DNA of 64,000 nucleotides from Mobula hypostoma. Lineage: Eukaryota. The stretch is from NCBI RefSeq assembly GCF_963921235.1, contig NC_086109.1, positions 21,578,001-21,642,000 on the forward strand. The letters run 5' to 3'. Below the pieces are notes generated by a model. It was not told the DNA's origin. It was given only the letters and a program-made list of their open reading frames with translations, and searched no databases. The position numbers were made by a program, and so were the translations under genes. This document shows positions 38,483-51,662 of the stretch, one piece after another (positions within the stretch are counted from its first letter, which is position 1; each line of letters starts with the position of its first letter).

Positions 38483-39783
38483 ATCTCAAAGAGAAGGTTG
38501 GGAAATTCTAATTGGCGGCATTGTTGATGGGCTGCAGTAAAATAAGGAAAAAGAATGAATGTTCAAAGGGGTTTGGTTTTGATTCTAAGTATCATTTCAC
38601 TTTCATTATTTCTTCACAAGGTGGAATCACACTAACATTTCCCATTGGTTGCTTTTCTATTCTTCCCAGTGTACTGGCTCTAATGAGATTCTGGAAATTT
38701 GTTTCTGGGACGTTGGAATATTAGCTTCCTTCCCAATCAATGCAACACTAGTGACAACTTAAAAAATATTATTTATTTCTCTGCACCTTTTCATTCCTGC
38801 CTCCCACTTTCCATTCTATCTCTCATGTTCTCTTATTTCTATATCTTCACCTTTAAATCACTCTTCTTTCTCACTGCCTCTATCTTGCCTCTTTCTTGAT
38901 AACTTTTTTTTTCTATTTCTCAATTTGTTTCTTGTTCAGTAAATAAAATTCTGAAAATGTTGGAAATCTGAAATGAAAACTTAACTAATGCCAGAAATAA
39001 CTGGTTTGGAGAAAGATGTTATGAAATAGCATCAGGTCATTTTTTTTTACTGGTTCTTCAAGCATGTGGGAGAGGTTGCCAACCCTAGTGATTGACAAAC
39101 CAAAGGTTTCCTTGTGTAAACTTCCACTTTGAGTCATCCTGTCCTCACCCTCTTTCTTCTGTTCCATCCATTAAAGACAATTCTCCCCAGAAATAGTAGT
39201 AATATGTGACGAAGGGAAGGATTCTGCTATATTCCACACTATAATTATATTCCGTATTTAACACTATAACACGCATTCTGTATTTGTTTTGCCTTTTGTA
39301 CTACCTCGATGTACTTATGAATGGAATTCTCTGTCAGAATGGCACACACAAAGCTTTTCACTGTTTCTCATTACTTGCAACTATAATAAACCAACAATTC
39401 ATTTGTGAGAAGAAAGAAAGACTGGATCTTATCAACTGCTGAGAAATAAGTGAGTCATTGAATAAAAGTCATAGTACATGAGATCGTAGAGAGAACCAAA
39501 AAGTCTGGGATCAAGAGGAGAATATTGCCCTTTCTTTGGAATGCTGTTCACACTGGAAATAGTTAAATTGAGCCTAAGGATTGAATCAGCCAGCTCACGC
39601 TGAAAACATCAAAAGAAGTGAAAGCCTGGAGCTAATCCAATACCTGAATTCTTTCATTCACCACATGTTGGAATTAAAGGCAAAGGGGTAAAATAATGAA
39701 AGGCTGTGCTGAATATTAGCAATCACAATCCCACAAAACAAATTTTAACAAACTCAAGGACATACTGTACACTTAAACAAACC

Positions 39784-40900
39784 TGTTATGCTTTGTAACT
39801 TCAAATCATTTGTTACGTACCCCGTAACTGGGTTGCCAAACCAGAAGAAATGGATCACTCAGTTGGAGTCTGGATTACTAGAACTAAGAAAGTTTTATTA
39901 AAGAAACAAGCAACACAGTACTCTAATCAAAAGGATAATAAATGCTTCAGCAATGATAAACACATATGTACACAGAATTAGGATAACAGGATCAATCAAG
40001 CTCTATCGTCGTCTAGGGGTAAATGACCAGTTTCAAAGTGACGCAAAGTTCAGTTCAATTTAGTTCAGTTCAGTTCACAGTAATCACTGCCGTGGCAATG
40101 GACAGTGGGGGGGAAGGAGAGAGAGAGCAAAAACGAATGAATATTCAAACGACTTCCAAACAGACCTTCGATATTCTTCACAGTCAGCTTTCGGGCGAGC
40201 CCTTTGTAATGTCTTCTGAGGTCACTGACTGTGACCCCCCGTTTCCAGATACAATCGTTTCTCTGCGGTGAACCTGGCACCCAGGCAAGGGCGGACACAC
40301 ACCAGGTTCCCGCCGATCGTAGCTTTCCACCCTGTGCGTCTATGGCTTGGTCCCGCAACCAGCCCACCAAAACTCCCTCCGACTTGTGGGAGGCGCACCG
40401 CTTCCAGGGTCTCGTTACCTTGTGGTGTCGTGTGTGTCTTGCCTTAGCGAACCTGTCCCTTTTTATCCCCCTGCTGGGGTATCGCCTGTCCATCACTTCA
40501 AACAGTTCAGGGTTCAAAGAGGAGCCGGTCTTGACAGCTCTCCTTCCGTTACTCTCTCCCGTCCCTTCATTAACATCTCCAAATGCTGCTCTATTGTTTT
40601 CCTTATTTCTCTTTCTCCTGAAGACAGGTGGCAGACCAACTGCTGATCCCACTGGTGCCAGCACAGGACAGTTAACATCTTAGTCTATGTGTACTTTCGT
40701 CACACATTAAACTAACTAAAAGAAAGACATGAGAGTCCAAATTGTGGGTCTAACTTCGAGTTTACTTCAAGCAAGGTGCACACATATCACATGATCGCGT
40801 GATGATGTATACGATTAAAATTTTTATATAACCTGCAATTAATTATATAAATAACAAGAATGCTTAATCAAACAATATATGTAAAATATTACTTAGAACA
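39784..40900 (-). mobile_element. Short Gypsy solo LTR (related to 7782-8025) hosting a second LTR
   Basis: Starts TGTTATGCTTTGTAACTTCAAA and includes AATGCTTAATCAAACAATA, as in the 7782 LTR. Flanks AAACC/GAACC. Confidence 0.7.
39811..40704 (-). mobile_element. Solo LTR (~890 bp) with 4-bp TSD CATT
   Basis: TG..CA termini; CATT at 39807-39810 and 40705-40708; homologous to 3164-4045. Confidence 0.92.
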
Positions 40901-42449
40901 GAACCTGTCATACTCCAGCCAAAATAAAAATCTGATATCTCACAGTTGGAAACATTTTTTAAAGGCCTGGGAGCACCTTTAGTACAAATAGCAAGCCAAA
41001 AACATTTGCATCAAAAAAATCACTGCAGAGTTATAATATGCCAAAGCAGAAAAGGAGTAATTAACAGTTATATGTAGGCATGTGAAGTCGTACCGTTCTA
41101 TATCTATTTCTGTGGAAGAAAACATACTGCAGAAAGTAATCACCAACCTCCAGAGCAAATTTACAAGTAAAACTTACCACACACAGTAGCAAGCCTGCAA
41201 AGATTACTCTTGGGGTTTTTGAGCTATAGTTTCCTTTCTCAGGTACAAACTGGGAAAATGTAGATTCACTACCTCAGTGAATCTCAGTGAGATTCTCACT
41301 AACCTCAGTGCAAAAATAAGCATGAAATGAATGATCTAGTTGTGAAGATGCACAACGTCATGAATGTGAAATGAAGATGAAGAAGATTGGAGGTGAGATA
41401 ATGATGATTTGGGGATAGCCTGAGAAGGTGACACAGCAATATGGCATTATAGGTCAATCTGACGAGCAGATGGTGCTGTCCTTGCTGGATTTAAAGAGCT
41501 GGGTGCAGTTAAAGAAGACTGTGGTACTCAGGTCGAAACCAAGAGGACACCATTTCATGGAGAGATTCATCTAAACAATTGAACCCTACTCAAATGCAGA
41601 GAGACAGAGGACGATGTAAACCTTGTCCTTCTGTAATTCTGGGATACAGCTCTCATGAAATTGCCAAACTAGCCAGTTAAAGGCGGAAAGTACAAGACAA
41701 CTTTGCCTTGCAATATATATCCCCACTAAACCAAGAAAAAGTGAACTGTGATCTGAAAGGAAGCCAAAACTGCAACAGCCTTGCTAAATCTTTACCTGAG
41801 TTGTTGAGAGGAAAAGCGATGCATGCATAGGATTCAGTGACAAAAACCTGGAACCCAGCTAAGTCTTTGTGAAAAAGTTTGATACTGCAAGATTATACGT
41901 CACCAAGACTGAACCAGGCCAACAGATCTATCTCAATGACTGAGATAAACAGGATATATCAACAACACCCACAAAATACTGGAGGAACTCAGCAAGTCAG
42001 GCATCATCATCTGTATGAATATCTCAGCAGAATATTTACAGCATCAAGTGTAACTTTGAATTTAAAAACTTACAGGCAATAGATGACCAACACAAAGCAG
42101 CAACTCATCACAAATAGGGATGGCAATGTCTATCCCGACAAAATTGAACAAAACTTCTTACCACATTTATCATACATTCAAAAGTTCAGATTAAACAATA
42201 AATACATGACAACTGAATTTTAAAATAAATTATCTAAGATGACAAAAAATTAATTTGAAGAATACTAGATAATTGCAAGAATAAATTGAGTTCCATATGG
42301 CTTAAGGGGGCATGTACTGTATATTTTTGTGCCGTGTCACACTATAGAGAATAACAAACACTGTATCTATTGGCTGGCTGTACATAGCCTGTTGTTCATT
42401 TTTTTTTACTGTGAGCCACAGGTCTGACCTTGAACCCATGATTAAATAC

Positions 42450-42902
42450 AGAACTTTAGAGCATAGTACAGGCCCTTCAGCACACAAATTTATGCCAAAC
42501 CTTTAACCTACTCTAAGACCAATCAAACTCTTCCCTCCCTTTTTCTTTCATCCATGTGCCTATCTAAGAGTCTCTTAAATGCTCCTAATGTAGCTGCCTC
42601 TAACACCATCTCCGGAAGTGCATTCCTCCAATCACCTTAAAATTATGCCCCCTTGCATTAGTCATTTTCACCCAGGAAAATGTCTATGGCTGTCCATTTA
42701 CACCATGCCTCTTATCAGCTTGTACACCTCTATCAAGTCACCTCTTATCCTCCTTCACCCCAAAGGGAAAAACCCTAGCTTACTCAATCTATCTTCTCAA
42801 GGCATGCCCTCTAATCTATGCTGTGTCCTGGTAAATCTTCTCTGCACCCTCTCAAAAACATCCACATCTTTCCAATAAGGAGGGGACCAGTAATGAACAC
42901 AA
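42450..42902 (-). mobile_element. CR1 3' fragment
   Basis: Reverse of KDVDVFERVQRRFTR..GDLIEVYKL and the CR1 tail. Confidence 0.8.
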
Positions 42903-43097
42903 TAAAACAGAAACTAAAACTTTTAGTGAACATGAAAAAAAATCCAATAATCAGTTGGAAAAGAGCAGATGATTGCACCCGTTCTACTACTTATACCCTG
43001 ATCCCACAACTAATATCACTAAATATCTAATATCTGGGTTTTATCACACTGTCTCTGGCTCCTTGCTATCTTAAAATTGGCAATGTGTTTCCTATGG

Positions 43098-43576
43098 CAG
43101 GATATTTGGTAGTGTGGAGGAGCAGAGGGATCTGGGGGTACATGTCCACAGATCCCTGAAAGTTGCCTCACAGGTGGATAGGGTAGTTAAGAAAGCTTAT
43201 GGGGTGTCAACTTTCATAAGTTGAGGGATAGAGTTTAAGAGTCGCGATATAATGATGCAGTTCTATAAAACTCTGGTTAGGCCGCACTTGGAGTATTGTG
43301 TCCAGTTCTGGTCGCCTCACTATAGGAAGGATGTGGAAGCATTGGAAAGGGTACAGAGGAGATTTACCAGGATGCTGCCTGGTTTAGAGAGTATGCATTA
43401 TGATCAGAGATTAAGGGAGCTAGGGCTTTACTCTTTGGAGAGAAGGAGGATGAGAGGAGACATGATAGAGGTGTACAAGATAATAAGAGGAATAGATAGA
43501 GTGGATAGCCAGTGCCTCTTCCCCAGGGCACCACTGCTCAATACAAGAGGACATGGCTTTAAGGTAAGGGGTGGGA
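43098..43576 (+). mobile_element. CR1 fragment, 3'-truncated at a Penelope junction
   Basis: YKTLVRPHLEYCVQFWSPHYRKD..TRGHGFKVRG, then an abrupt switch to PLE RT. Confidence 0.9.
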
Positions 43577-44931
43577 CTTTTCGATGATTTTAAGTTCCCT
43601 GGCCCCCACCGCATTATTTTCACCCTGGATGTCCAGTCCCTATATACTTCCATCCCCCATCAGGAAGGTCTCAAAGCTCTACGCTTCTTTTTGGATTCCA
43701 GACCTAATCAGTTCCCCTCTACCACCACTCTGCTCCATCTAGCGGAATTAGTCCTTACTCTTAATAATTTCTCCTTTGGCTCCTCCCACTTCCTCCAAAC
43801 TAAAGGTGTAGCTATGGGCACCCGTATGGGTCCTAGCTATGCCTGCCTTTTTGTTGGCTTTGTGGAACAATCTATGTTCCGTGCCTATTCTGGTATCTGT
43901 CCCCCACTTTTCCTTCGCTACATCGACGACTGCATTGGCGCTGCTTCGTGCATGCATGCACAACTCGTTGACTTTATTAACTTTGCCTTCAACTTTCACC
44001 CTGCCCTCAAGTTTACCTGGTCCATTTCCGACACCTCCCTCCCCTTTCTAGATCTTTCTGTCTCTGTCTCTGGAGACAGCTTATCCACTGATGTCTACTA
44101 TAAGCCTACTGACTCTCACAACTATCTGGACTATTCCTCTTCTCACCCTGTCTCTTGCAAAAACGCCATCCCCTTCTCGCAATTCCTCCGTCTCCGCCAC
44201 ATCTGTTCTCAGGATGAGGCATTTCATTCTAGGACGAGGGAGATGTCTTCCTTTTTTAAAGAAAGGGGCTTCCCTTCCTCCACTATCAACTCTGCTCTTA
44301 AACGCATCTCCCCCACTTCACATACATCTGCTCTCACTCCATCCTCCCACCACCCCACTAGGAATAGGGTTCCCCTGGTCCTCACCTACCACCCCACCAG
44401 CCTCCGGGTCCAACATATTATTCTCCGTAACTTCCGCCACCTCCAACGGGATCCCACCACTAAGCACATCTTTCCCTCCCCCCCCTGCATTCCGCAGGGA
44501 TCGCTCCCTACGCAACTCCCTTGTCCATTCGTCCCCCCCATCCCTCCCCACTGATCTCCCTCCTGGCACTTATCCGTGTAAGCGGAACAAGTGCTACACA
44601 TGCCCTTACACTTCCTCCCTTACCACCATTCAGGGCCCCAAACAATCCTTCCAGGTGAGGCAACACTTCACCTGTGAGTCGACTGGGGTGATATACTGCA
44701 TCCGGTGACCGCTTTGCTGAACATCTATGCTCTGTCCGCCAGAGAAAGCAGGATCTCCCAGTGGCCACACATTTTAATTCCACATCCCATTCCCATTCTG
44801 ACATGTCTATCCACGGCCACCTCTACTGTAAAGATGAAGCCACACTCAGGTTGGAGGAACAACACCTCATCTTCCATCTGGGTAGCCTCCAACCTAATGG
44901 CATGAACATCGACTTCTCTAACTTCCGCTAA
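43577..44931 (+). pseudogene. PLE reverse transcriptase/GIY-YIG polyprotein, disrupted
   Basis: About 300 aa of open RT, then a frameshift, then a ~50-nt deletion that removes YIG relative to the 29635 copy. Confidence 0.9.
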
Positions 44932-45222
44932 TGCCCCACCTCCCCCTCATACCCCATCTGTTACTTATTTTTATACACACATTCTTTCTCTCACTCTCCT
45001 TTTTCTCCCTCTGTCCCTCTGAATATACCCCTTGCCCATTCTCTGGGTCCCCCCCCCTTGTCTTTCTTCCCGGACCTCCTGTCCCATGATCCTCTCGTAT
45101 CCCTTTTGCCTATCACCTGTCCAGCTCTTGGCTCCATCCCTCCCCCTCCTGTCTTCTCCTATGCTCTTGGATCTCCCCCTCCCCCTCCAACTTTCAAATC
45201 CCTTACTCACTCTTCCTTCAGT

Positions 45223-45260
45223 TAGTCCTGACGAAGGGTCTCGGCCTGAAACGTCGACTG
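45223..45260 (+). ncRNA. Minimal type I hammerhead ribozyme motif
   Basis: AGTC-CTGACGA-AGG(GTCTCGG)CCT-GAAAC-GTC-GACT; predicted cleavage after 45255. Confidence 0.85.
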
Positions 45261-45757
45261 CACCTCTTCCTAGAGATGCTGCCTGGCCTGCTGCGTTCAC
45301 CAACAACTTTTATGTGTGTTGCTTGAATTTCCAGCATCTGCAGAATTCCTGTTGTTTGCGGATAAATTAATAGACCCAGTTTCAATCCCTGGTGAGAAAA
45401 TGTAAGAAGAAGGTGGTAAGAGGTTATAATTTTCTATATACGGTGACAGAATGGGCTGCCTATAGCATCCAAATCTTACCTCAAAGCCTGTAGAGATAAA
45501 ATAATGCAGAGAAAATAATGAGAAACCTTGTCTCTGAATGTGTCTGGACAATGTGTGAATGTACTCTGAACTCACTCTTCCTTGCCGTTCCAATTGAGGA
45601 AGGGACAGGAGTTAAACTGACAGAGTGTAACACATGGAAAGGAGAACATGGTATAATATTGCAAGAATGAACAGGGATCTATATTCTAATACAGACAATA
45701 TTCTGTCAGGTCACTTAGTATCCTGCAATATATATCATGCAATATCAACATAATGTA

Positions 45758-45776
45758 TTATATATATATATATATA
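45758..45776. repeat. (TA)n microsatellite
   Basis: Directly visible in the sequence. Confidence 0.9.
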
Positions 45777-46619
45777 GTGTCTCTGAGCAACATATGACTC
45801 TAAATATAAAAATAAACATGAGGTATTCCATGGATTTGAGCTTAAATTGTAATTAAGTTAAAAAAGCTTTGGGAACAATGAGACTTAGCATGAAGATGCT
45901 GACCAATCACACAGCCAACCTCCAGATCAGTTTGAGAATTGAAAGAATTTACAAAATAATTGCCTAGTCTACAATTGTCTCGGCCCAAAACGTTGGTTTT
46001 TTTATTCCTTTCCATGGATTCTGCCCGACCTGCTGGGTTCCTCCTTCATTATATGTGTGAGTTACCCTGGATTTCCCATCTCTGTAGAATCTCTTGAGTC
46101 TACAGAGTTAAACCTGTGCAGGATGGCAGCAAATCTGCTCTTGAGCTTCAGATGTATGACTCCTTTATGAAATACCAACCAGAAATAAAAGAATATGTTC
46201 ACAGATGCAAAGGAGAAGCATTTAGGTGTGAAGATACACTATCAAGTTAATGTGACACCAACAAATCTGAGAGCAGAGACCAGCAAAGTAAAATGACACT
46301 TGCTTTCTCAGCAAATGATTCAAAGGTCATACAAATAAACAAAGAACACAGTGAACAATATGTCATATTATTGGTAGTCAGACATGATGTCTCATTGGAA
46401 AAGAGCTGGCCTCTATAGAGGGAGAGAGTGAATGGTACTGACATTCAGTATACAGAATAGCACAAAAATATCAACCATTGATCATGGTTTCAATGCAAGA
46501 TAATTTGTTCAACATAATGAAGGATAATGTTCAATAGTTGTAGCCCAGAAAGGCAAGCACTCATTCACCAGAAGGCCAATCCAAATAAAAAGCAACTTCA
46601 AACTTGTTTGCAAGCTTGA

Positions 46620-48135
46620 AAAGAAGGATGGGGAATACAGGACTAAAAGGTGTTATGTTTAAGTGCACACTGTATGCGAAGTAAGGTAGATGAGCATGTA
46701 GCGCGGATAGAAATTGGCAGGTATGAGGTTGTAGACATCTTAGGGTCATGGCTGAAGGAAGATCACAGCTGAGAGCTAAACATCCAAGGATGCACATCCT
46801 ATTGAAAGTAGAGGCAGGAGGGCAGAGAGGGTGGAGTGGCTCTGTTGGTAAAAATTTAAATCACATCCTTAGAAAGAAGTGCCATAGGATAAGAAAATGA
46901 TCGTAGGTCCTTGTGGGTAGAATTAAAGAAAATGCAAGGGTAAAGAGACCCAGATGGGAGTTATATATTGACGGCTGAATAGTAGCCATGATGTGGGGTA
47001 CACATTATAATGAGAGATAGAAAAGGCATGTGAAAAGAGCCATGTTATGATGGTCATGGAGAATTTAGCATCTAACCAGAAATGCAAAGAATAGTGTTAT
47101 TTACAAAATAACTGCAAATAAAAAATAAGTGCTACAGCACACAAATATAAAAGTACTGAGACAGTACAATATGGGTGCAATACTGCTTAGCGCTGTGATG
47201 TGAGGTTCAGCAGGGTCACAGCCTCAGGGAAGAAGCTCTTCCTGTGCCTGCTGGTGCGGGAGCGGAGGCTCCTGTAGCGCCTACCGGATGGGAGGAGAGT
47301 AAGAAGTCCGTGGTTAAGGTGAGATGCATCCTTGATAATGCAGCGTTTATGGTAGATGTTCTCAATGGTGGGCAATAGGCTGGACAGACAAAGGAGAGCT
47401 GGTGAATGTGTTTACTTGGATTTTCAGAGTGCCTTTGACAAAGATGCCGCACATGTGACTGTTAAACAAGACAAGAGCCTATGGTATTACAGGAAAGATA
47501 TTAGCATGGATAGAGGATTGGCTGAGTAGCAGGAGGCAGGAGGCAAAGAGTGGGAATAAAGGGAGCCTTTTCTGATTTGTGGCTGGTGATTAGTGATGTT
47601 CCATAGGGGCTAGTGTTGGGACCGCTTCATTTCATGCTGGATCAATCTGGATGATGGAATTGATGCCTTTGTGGCCAAGTTTGCAGATGATACAAGGATA
47701 GGTGGAGGGGCAGATAGTGTTGAGGAAGCAGGGATTCTGAAGAAGGACTTGGACAGATTAGGAGTATGGGCAAAGAAGTGGCAGATGGAATACAGTGTAG
47801 GGAAGTGAATGGTCATGCACTTTGGTAGAAGGAATGAAGGCAAACACTATTTCCTAAACAGGGAGAAAATTCAGAAATCAGAGGGGCAGAAGAACTTGGG
47901 GATCCTCTTGTGGGATTTGCAGATTGCGTGCGTCGGTGGTAAGGAAGGCAAATCCTTAGCATTCATTTTGAGAGGATTAGAATATAAGAGCAAAGGTGGA
48001 ATGCCGAGAATTCATAAGGTATTGGTCAGACCACATTTGTATATTGAGGAAGGATGAGCTGGCATTGGAGATGGTCCAGAGGAGGTTTACAAAAGTGATC
48101 TTGGGAATGAAAGGGTTAATTTTTGAGAAGTGTTT
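46620..48135 (+). mobile_element. CR1 endonuclease and RT fragments flanking a Rex1 piece
   Basis: EN remnant (GGVALLVK..SLWVELKKCKGK) to ~47065; RT remnant (LDFQSAFDKMPH..AKFADD) from ~47375. Confidence 0.8.
47075..47372 (-). mobile_element. Rex1 3' fragment
   Basis: PTIENIY..LLPSGRRYRSLRSRTSRHRKSFFPEAV. Confidence 0.85.
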
Positions 48136-49117
48136 CTCTCCCAGCATTCAATTAACTCACTCTACATTTTTGTTCCTTCCTTTCCCCATGGTACCCTTTC
48201 CTCATTTTGTGGGGGTATCTTTACCATTGTGGTTTAGCAGTTCTCATGTATTTTGTTTTATAAATGTGATTTTTCATTTTGATTGGCCACATGAGGAAAC
48301 AGCTTCTTTCAACATCACCCAATAAAAGGCCCTTATAATTTTAAAGATGCCCCTCTAACTATCTATCCCAGAGAAGAACTGCAACTTCTTCTGTCCTTGC
48401 AGATAGCATAACCTCTCTTCTGAGATTTGCATTTTCTCCTGCACCACTCTATCCTTTTCAAAACATGACACATTTCCCAGTACAGATTTTTAGCACGATC
48501 ATTAATCCCTCGCAAATAATTATCTCAAGCAAGTAAATAATTCAGGCTATTTTATTATCTGCCATTTAATGCCCATTGTTTTAATTTCCTTTCACCACCA
48601 AATTACTAACACCTTGGAGAGAGTACATTTCCTTGTGAGGATTATACCTCATTATATTTAATGCAGACTTCTAAATAATATATAAGTTCTGAAACTTTCC
48701 AATCATGCGATCCACTCTGACAAAAACTGGGCTCCATCAATCAGAGAGACCAATGTAAATTTGTTTTTCTTTATCTATCGATGTGAGAGAACAGCTTGTA
48801 ACACACACAGGTACCAAGCCTTAAATATCTGCTGTCCCAATTTATGTGTCCTACATAGTCTGTATTTAAACAGTAATTAATATATCTATCTTTTGGCCAA
48901 TTGAGAGAAGGCTTGGCATAGCAAAGGACATTTCTGAAGGCCATACAAGCATAAAGAGTTGTCAAATCTTAAGGATTAGCCTAGAAGTTAATCTGTAGTG
49001 GGAATGCCCAGGAGGAAATACAGTAATTCCAATAAAAAACTAACTTTTTAAAAACATTTATGTTCAGTAATTACATAGTTGTTGAACATGAGGAAAAAAG
49101 GGGCACTTATAAAGATA

Positions 49118-49385
49118 TAGATTAGCTTTATTTGTCAGATGTACACTGAAACATACAGTGAAATGCATCCTTTGCTTCAAGTCAAATCAGCAAGGATTGT
49201 GCCATGTTTCCATCCCACAACTCTCTGACCCTAACTGTACATCTCTGGAATGTTGGAGCACCCAGAGGAAGCCGGTGATGAGGAGAACGTATGAACTTCT
49301 TACAGACAACAGCGGGAATTGAACCCCGATCTTACAGTTGACACTGTAATAGTGTGATGCTAACCACTGCACTACTGTGCCTCCC
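49118..49385 (-). mobile_element. V-SINE with Rex1-type tail
   Basis: Reverse tRNA head (GGGAGGCACAGTAGTGCAGTGG..GTTCAATTCCCG); tail TTTCACTGTATG..TGACAAATAAAGCTAATCT. Confidence 0.8.
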
Positions 49386-49934
49386 ATTTGAGGCAATGGC
49401 AGGCTTTTAAAGTAAAAATTCCTCAGCTGTAGTCTAAGCACTTTGATAAATGGATAACTATACCAGTGGAAGTTAGTAGATGTGGTCTCAATTACAACAT
49501 TTACAAGAAATTTATGGATGGGAGGGGTTTGGAGAGATATGATCTTGGTGCAGGTAGATGAGACCAGGCAGAAGAGTAGGTCAGCATAGACAATAAGGGC
49601 TGAAGGGTCTGTTTCTGTGCTATAATGTTCTATGACACTATGATAGAGAAGTTAAAGCCAAAGTTTCCCAAGTGACCAGAAACAAAGCAGAACCGTAAAA
49701 TAAGAAGCGTAAATCATTAAGTATGTGTTCTCAGGTCCTGCTCCTCTCTCACTTTCTTGTGAGTGTCCTCGCTGTGAGAGGGATTGTGCCCTTAATGGAG
49801 CCAGCTGACTCCACAGTCTCTGCAGCCCCTTGCAACCCTGTGCATTGGAACCTCCATACTAGGCAGCAATGCAACCAGTCAGAGTACTCTCCACTACACA
49901 TCTACAGAAATTTGATGATATACTGAAACTCCTA

Positions 49935-50352
49935 ATGAACAAGTTAGGTCTTTATTCTTTGGAGCGTAGAAGGCTGAGGGGGGACTTGATAGAGGTGTTT
50001 AAAATTATGAGGGGGATTGATAGAGTTGACGTGGATAGGCTTTTTCCATTGAGAGTGGGGGAGATTCAAACAAGAGGACACGAGTTGAGAGTTAAAGGGC
50101 AAAAGTTTAGGGGTAACATGAGGGGAAACTTCTCTACTCAGAGAGTGGTAGCTGTGTGGAACGAGCTTCCAGCAGAAGTGGTTGAGGCAGGTTCGATGTT
50201 GCCGTTTAAAGTTAAATTGGATAGATATATGGACAGGAAAGGAATGGAGGGTTATGGGCTGAGTGCAGGTCGGTGGGACTAGGTGAGAGTAAGAGTTCGG
50301 CACAGACTAGGAGGGCCGAGATGGCCTGTTTCCGTGCTGTAATTGTTGTTTG
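49935..50352 (+). mobile_element. Young CR1 3' fragment inserted in Rex1
   Basis: LGLYSLERRRLRGDLIEVFKIMRGIDRVD..RVVAVWNELP plus tail. Confidence 0.9.
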
Positions 50353-51384
50353 GTTAATGAAGTAGGTCCTCTGGCATGCCTTCTTCATGGTTGCATCAAT
50401 GGGTTGTGCCCAAGATGGATCTTCTGAGATGTTGAACTTGAAGCTGCTCACTCTTTGCACTGCTGACCCCTCAATGAAGGTTGATGTATGTTCTCCTGAC
50501 TCCCCTTTCGTGAAGTCCACAATCAGTTCCCTGATCTTGCTGATGTTAAGTGCGAGCTTGTGGTCATGACACCACTTAACTAGCTGAACTATCTCACTTC
50601 AGTGTACTTGCTCATTACCATTTGAGATTTTACCAATAATAGTGGTGCCGGCTGTGAATTTACAGATAGTGTTTGAGCTGTACTTAGCCATGCAGTTATG
50701 AATATAGAGAGAGAAGAGCAGTGGGCTAAGCACACATCCGTGAAGAGTGACAGTGTTGATTGTCAGCAAGGAGAAGATGTTATTACCAGTCTGCACTGCC
50801 CACGGTCTCCCAATTAAGAGTTGAGAATTCAGTCACTAAAGGAGGTACAGAGGGCCAGGTTTTGAAGTTTGGTGACTGATGCTTAGAAGTTGAAGGTGTG
50901 GATCATAAAGCTATAAAGCAATAAACTGCAACCTGGCATATAATCCAAAGCAGATTTGAGAACCAGTAAGACTGCATTTGCTGTATACCTGCTGCAGTGG
51001 TAGGCTACCTGCAGGAGGTCCAGGTCCTTGCTTAGGCAGTAATTAATTCTAGACAGGACCAACCTCTCAAAGAACTTCATCACAGTGAAATGAGTGCTAT
51101 CGGGTGACAATTATTGAGGCATCATCCTGCTCTTCCTAGGACATTGGATGCCCTTTTGAAGCAGGTGGGAAGCAGTGAGAGGCTGAAGATGTCCTTGAGC
51201 AGTTTTTCAACCAACTGGTCAGCGCAGGTTTTCAATGCCAGGTACATCATCAGGGCCTGACATTTCACAAGGGTTCTCCCTCTTGATGGGCAATCTGAAA
51301 TCAGCCACTGAGACTGAAATCACCGCGTTTCCAGATGCTGTGGGCACTTGCATAGGTATAGTGTTACTCTCCCTTTCAAAATAC

Positions 51385-51662
51385 GGTAGTAGAGTGGCTG
51401 GTGCAATACTACTACAGCTCAGGGCGTCAGAGTTTGGAGCTTAATTCTGGCATCATTTGTAAGCAGGCTTGTGTCTTTCTTCCCATGTGCATTTTGGGTT
51501 TCCTCTGCGTGCTCCAGTTTCCTCCCACAGTCCAAAGACGTAGTGGTTAGTAGGTTAATTGGTCATTGTAGATTGTCCCTTGATTAGGCTAGGGTTAAAT
51601 CAGAGGGTTGTTGGGCAGTGCAGCTTGAAGGGCCAGAAGGTTTAATTCCATGCTGTACCTCA
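51385..51662 (+). mobile_element. V-SINE with CR1-type tail
   Basis: GGGTTTCCTCTGCGTGCTCCAGTTTCCTCCCACAGTCCAAAGAC V-domain; GGGCCAGAAGG..CTGTACCTC tail. Confidence 0.8.

Larger units (their letters stand above)
43577..45357 (+). mobile_element. Penelope-like element (Neptune-type), 5'-truncated: RT + Cys linker + GIY-YIG + pLTR
   Basis: LDVQSLYTSIP, GVAMGTRMGP, RYIDD, FLDL, YYKPTD, IPFSQFLRLR; CKRNKCYTC linker; frameshift in the C-run near 44480. Confidence 0.95.

Noticed and set aside
40065..40683. 199-aa and 150-aa ORFs
   Set aside because: They lie inside a solo LTR, have no recognisable domain, and are not kept at full length in the 3164-4045 copy.
43252..44554. Overlapping ORFs suggesting a CR1-Penelope fusion gene
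   Set aside because: The ORFs are in different frames, both are truncated, and the PLE part is frameshifted. This is an insertion junction, not a gene.
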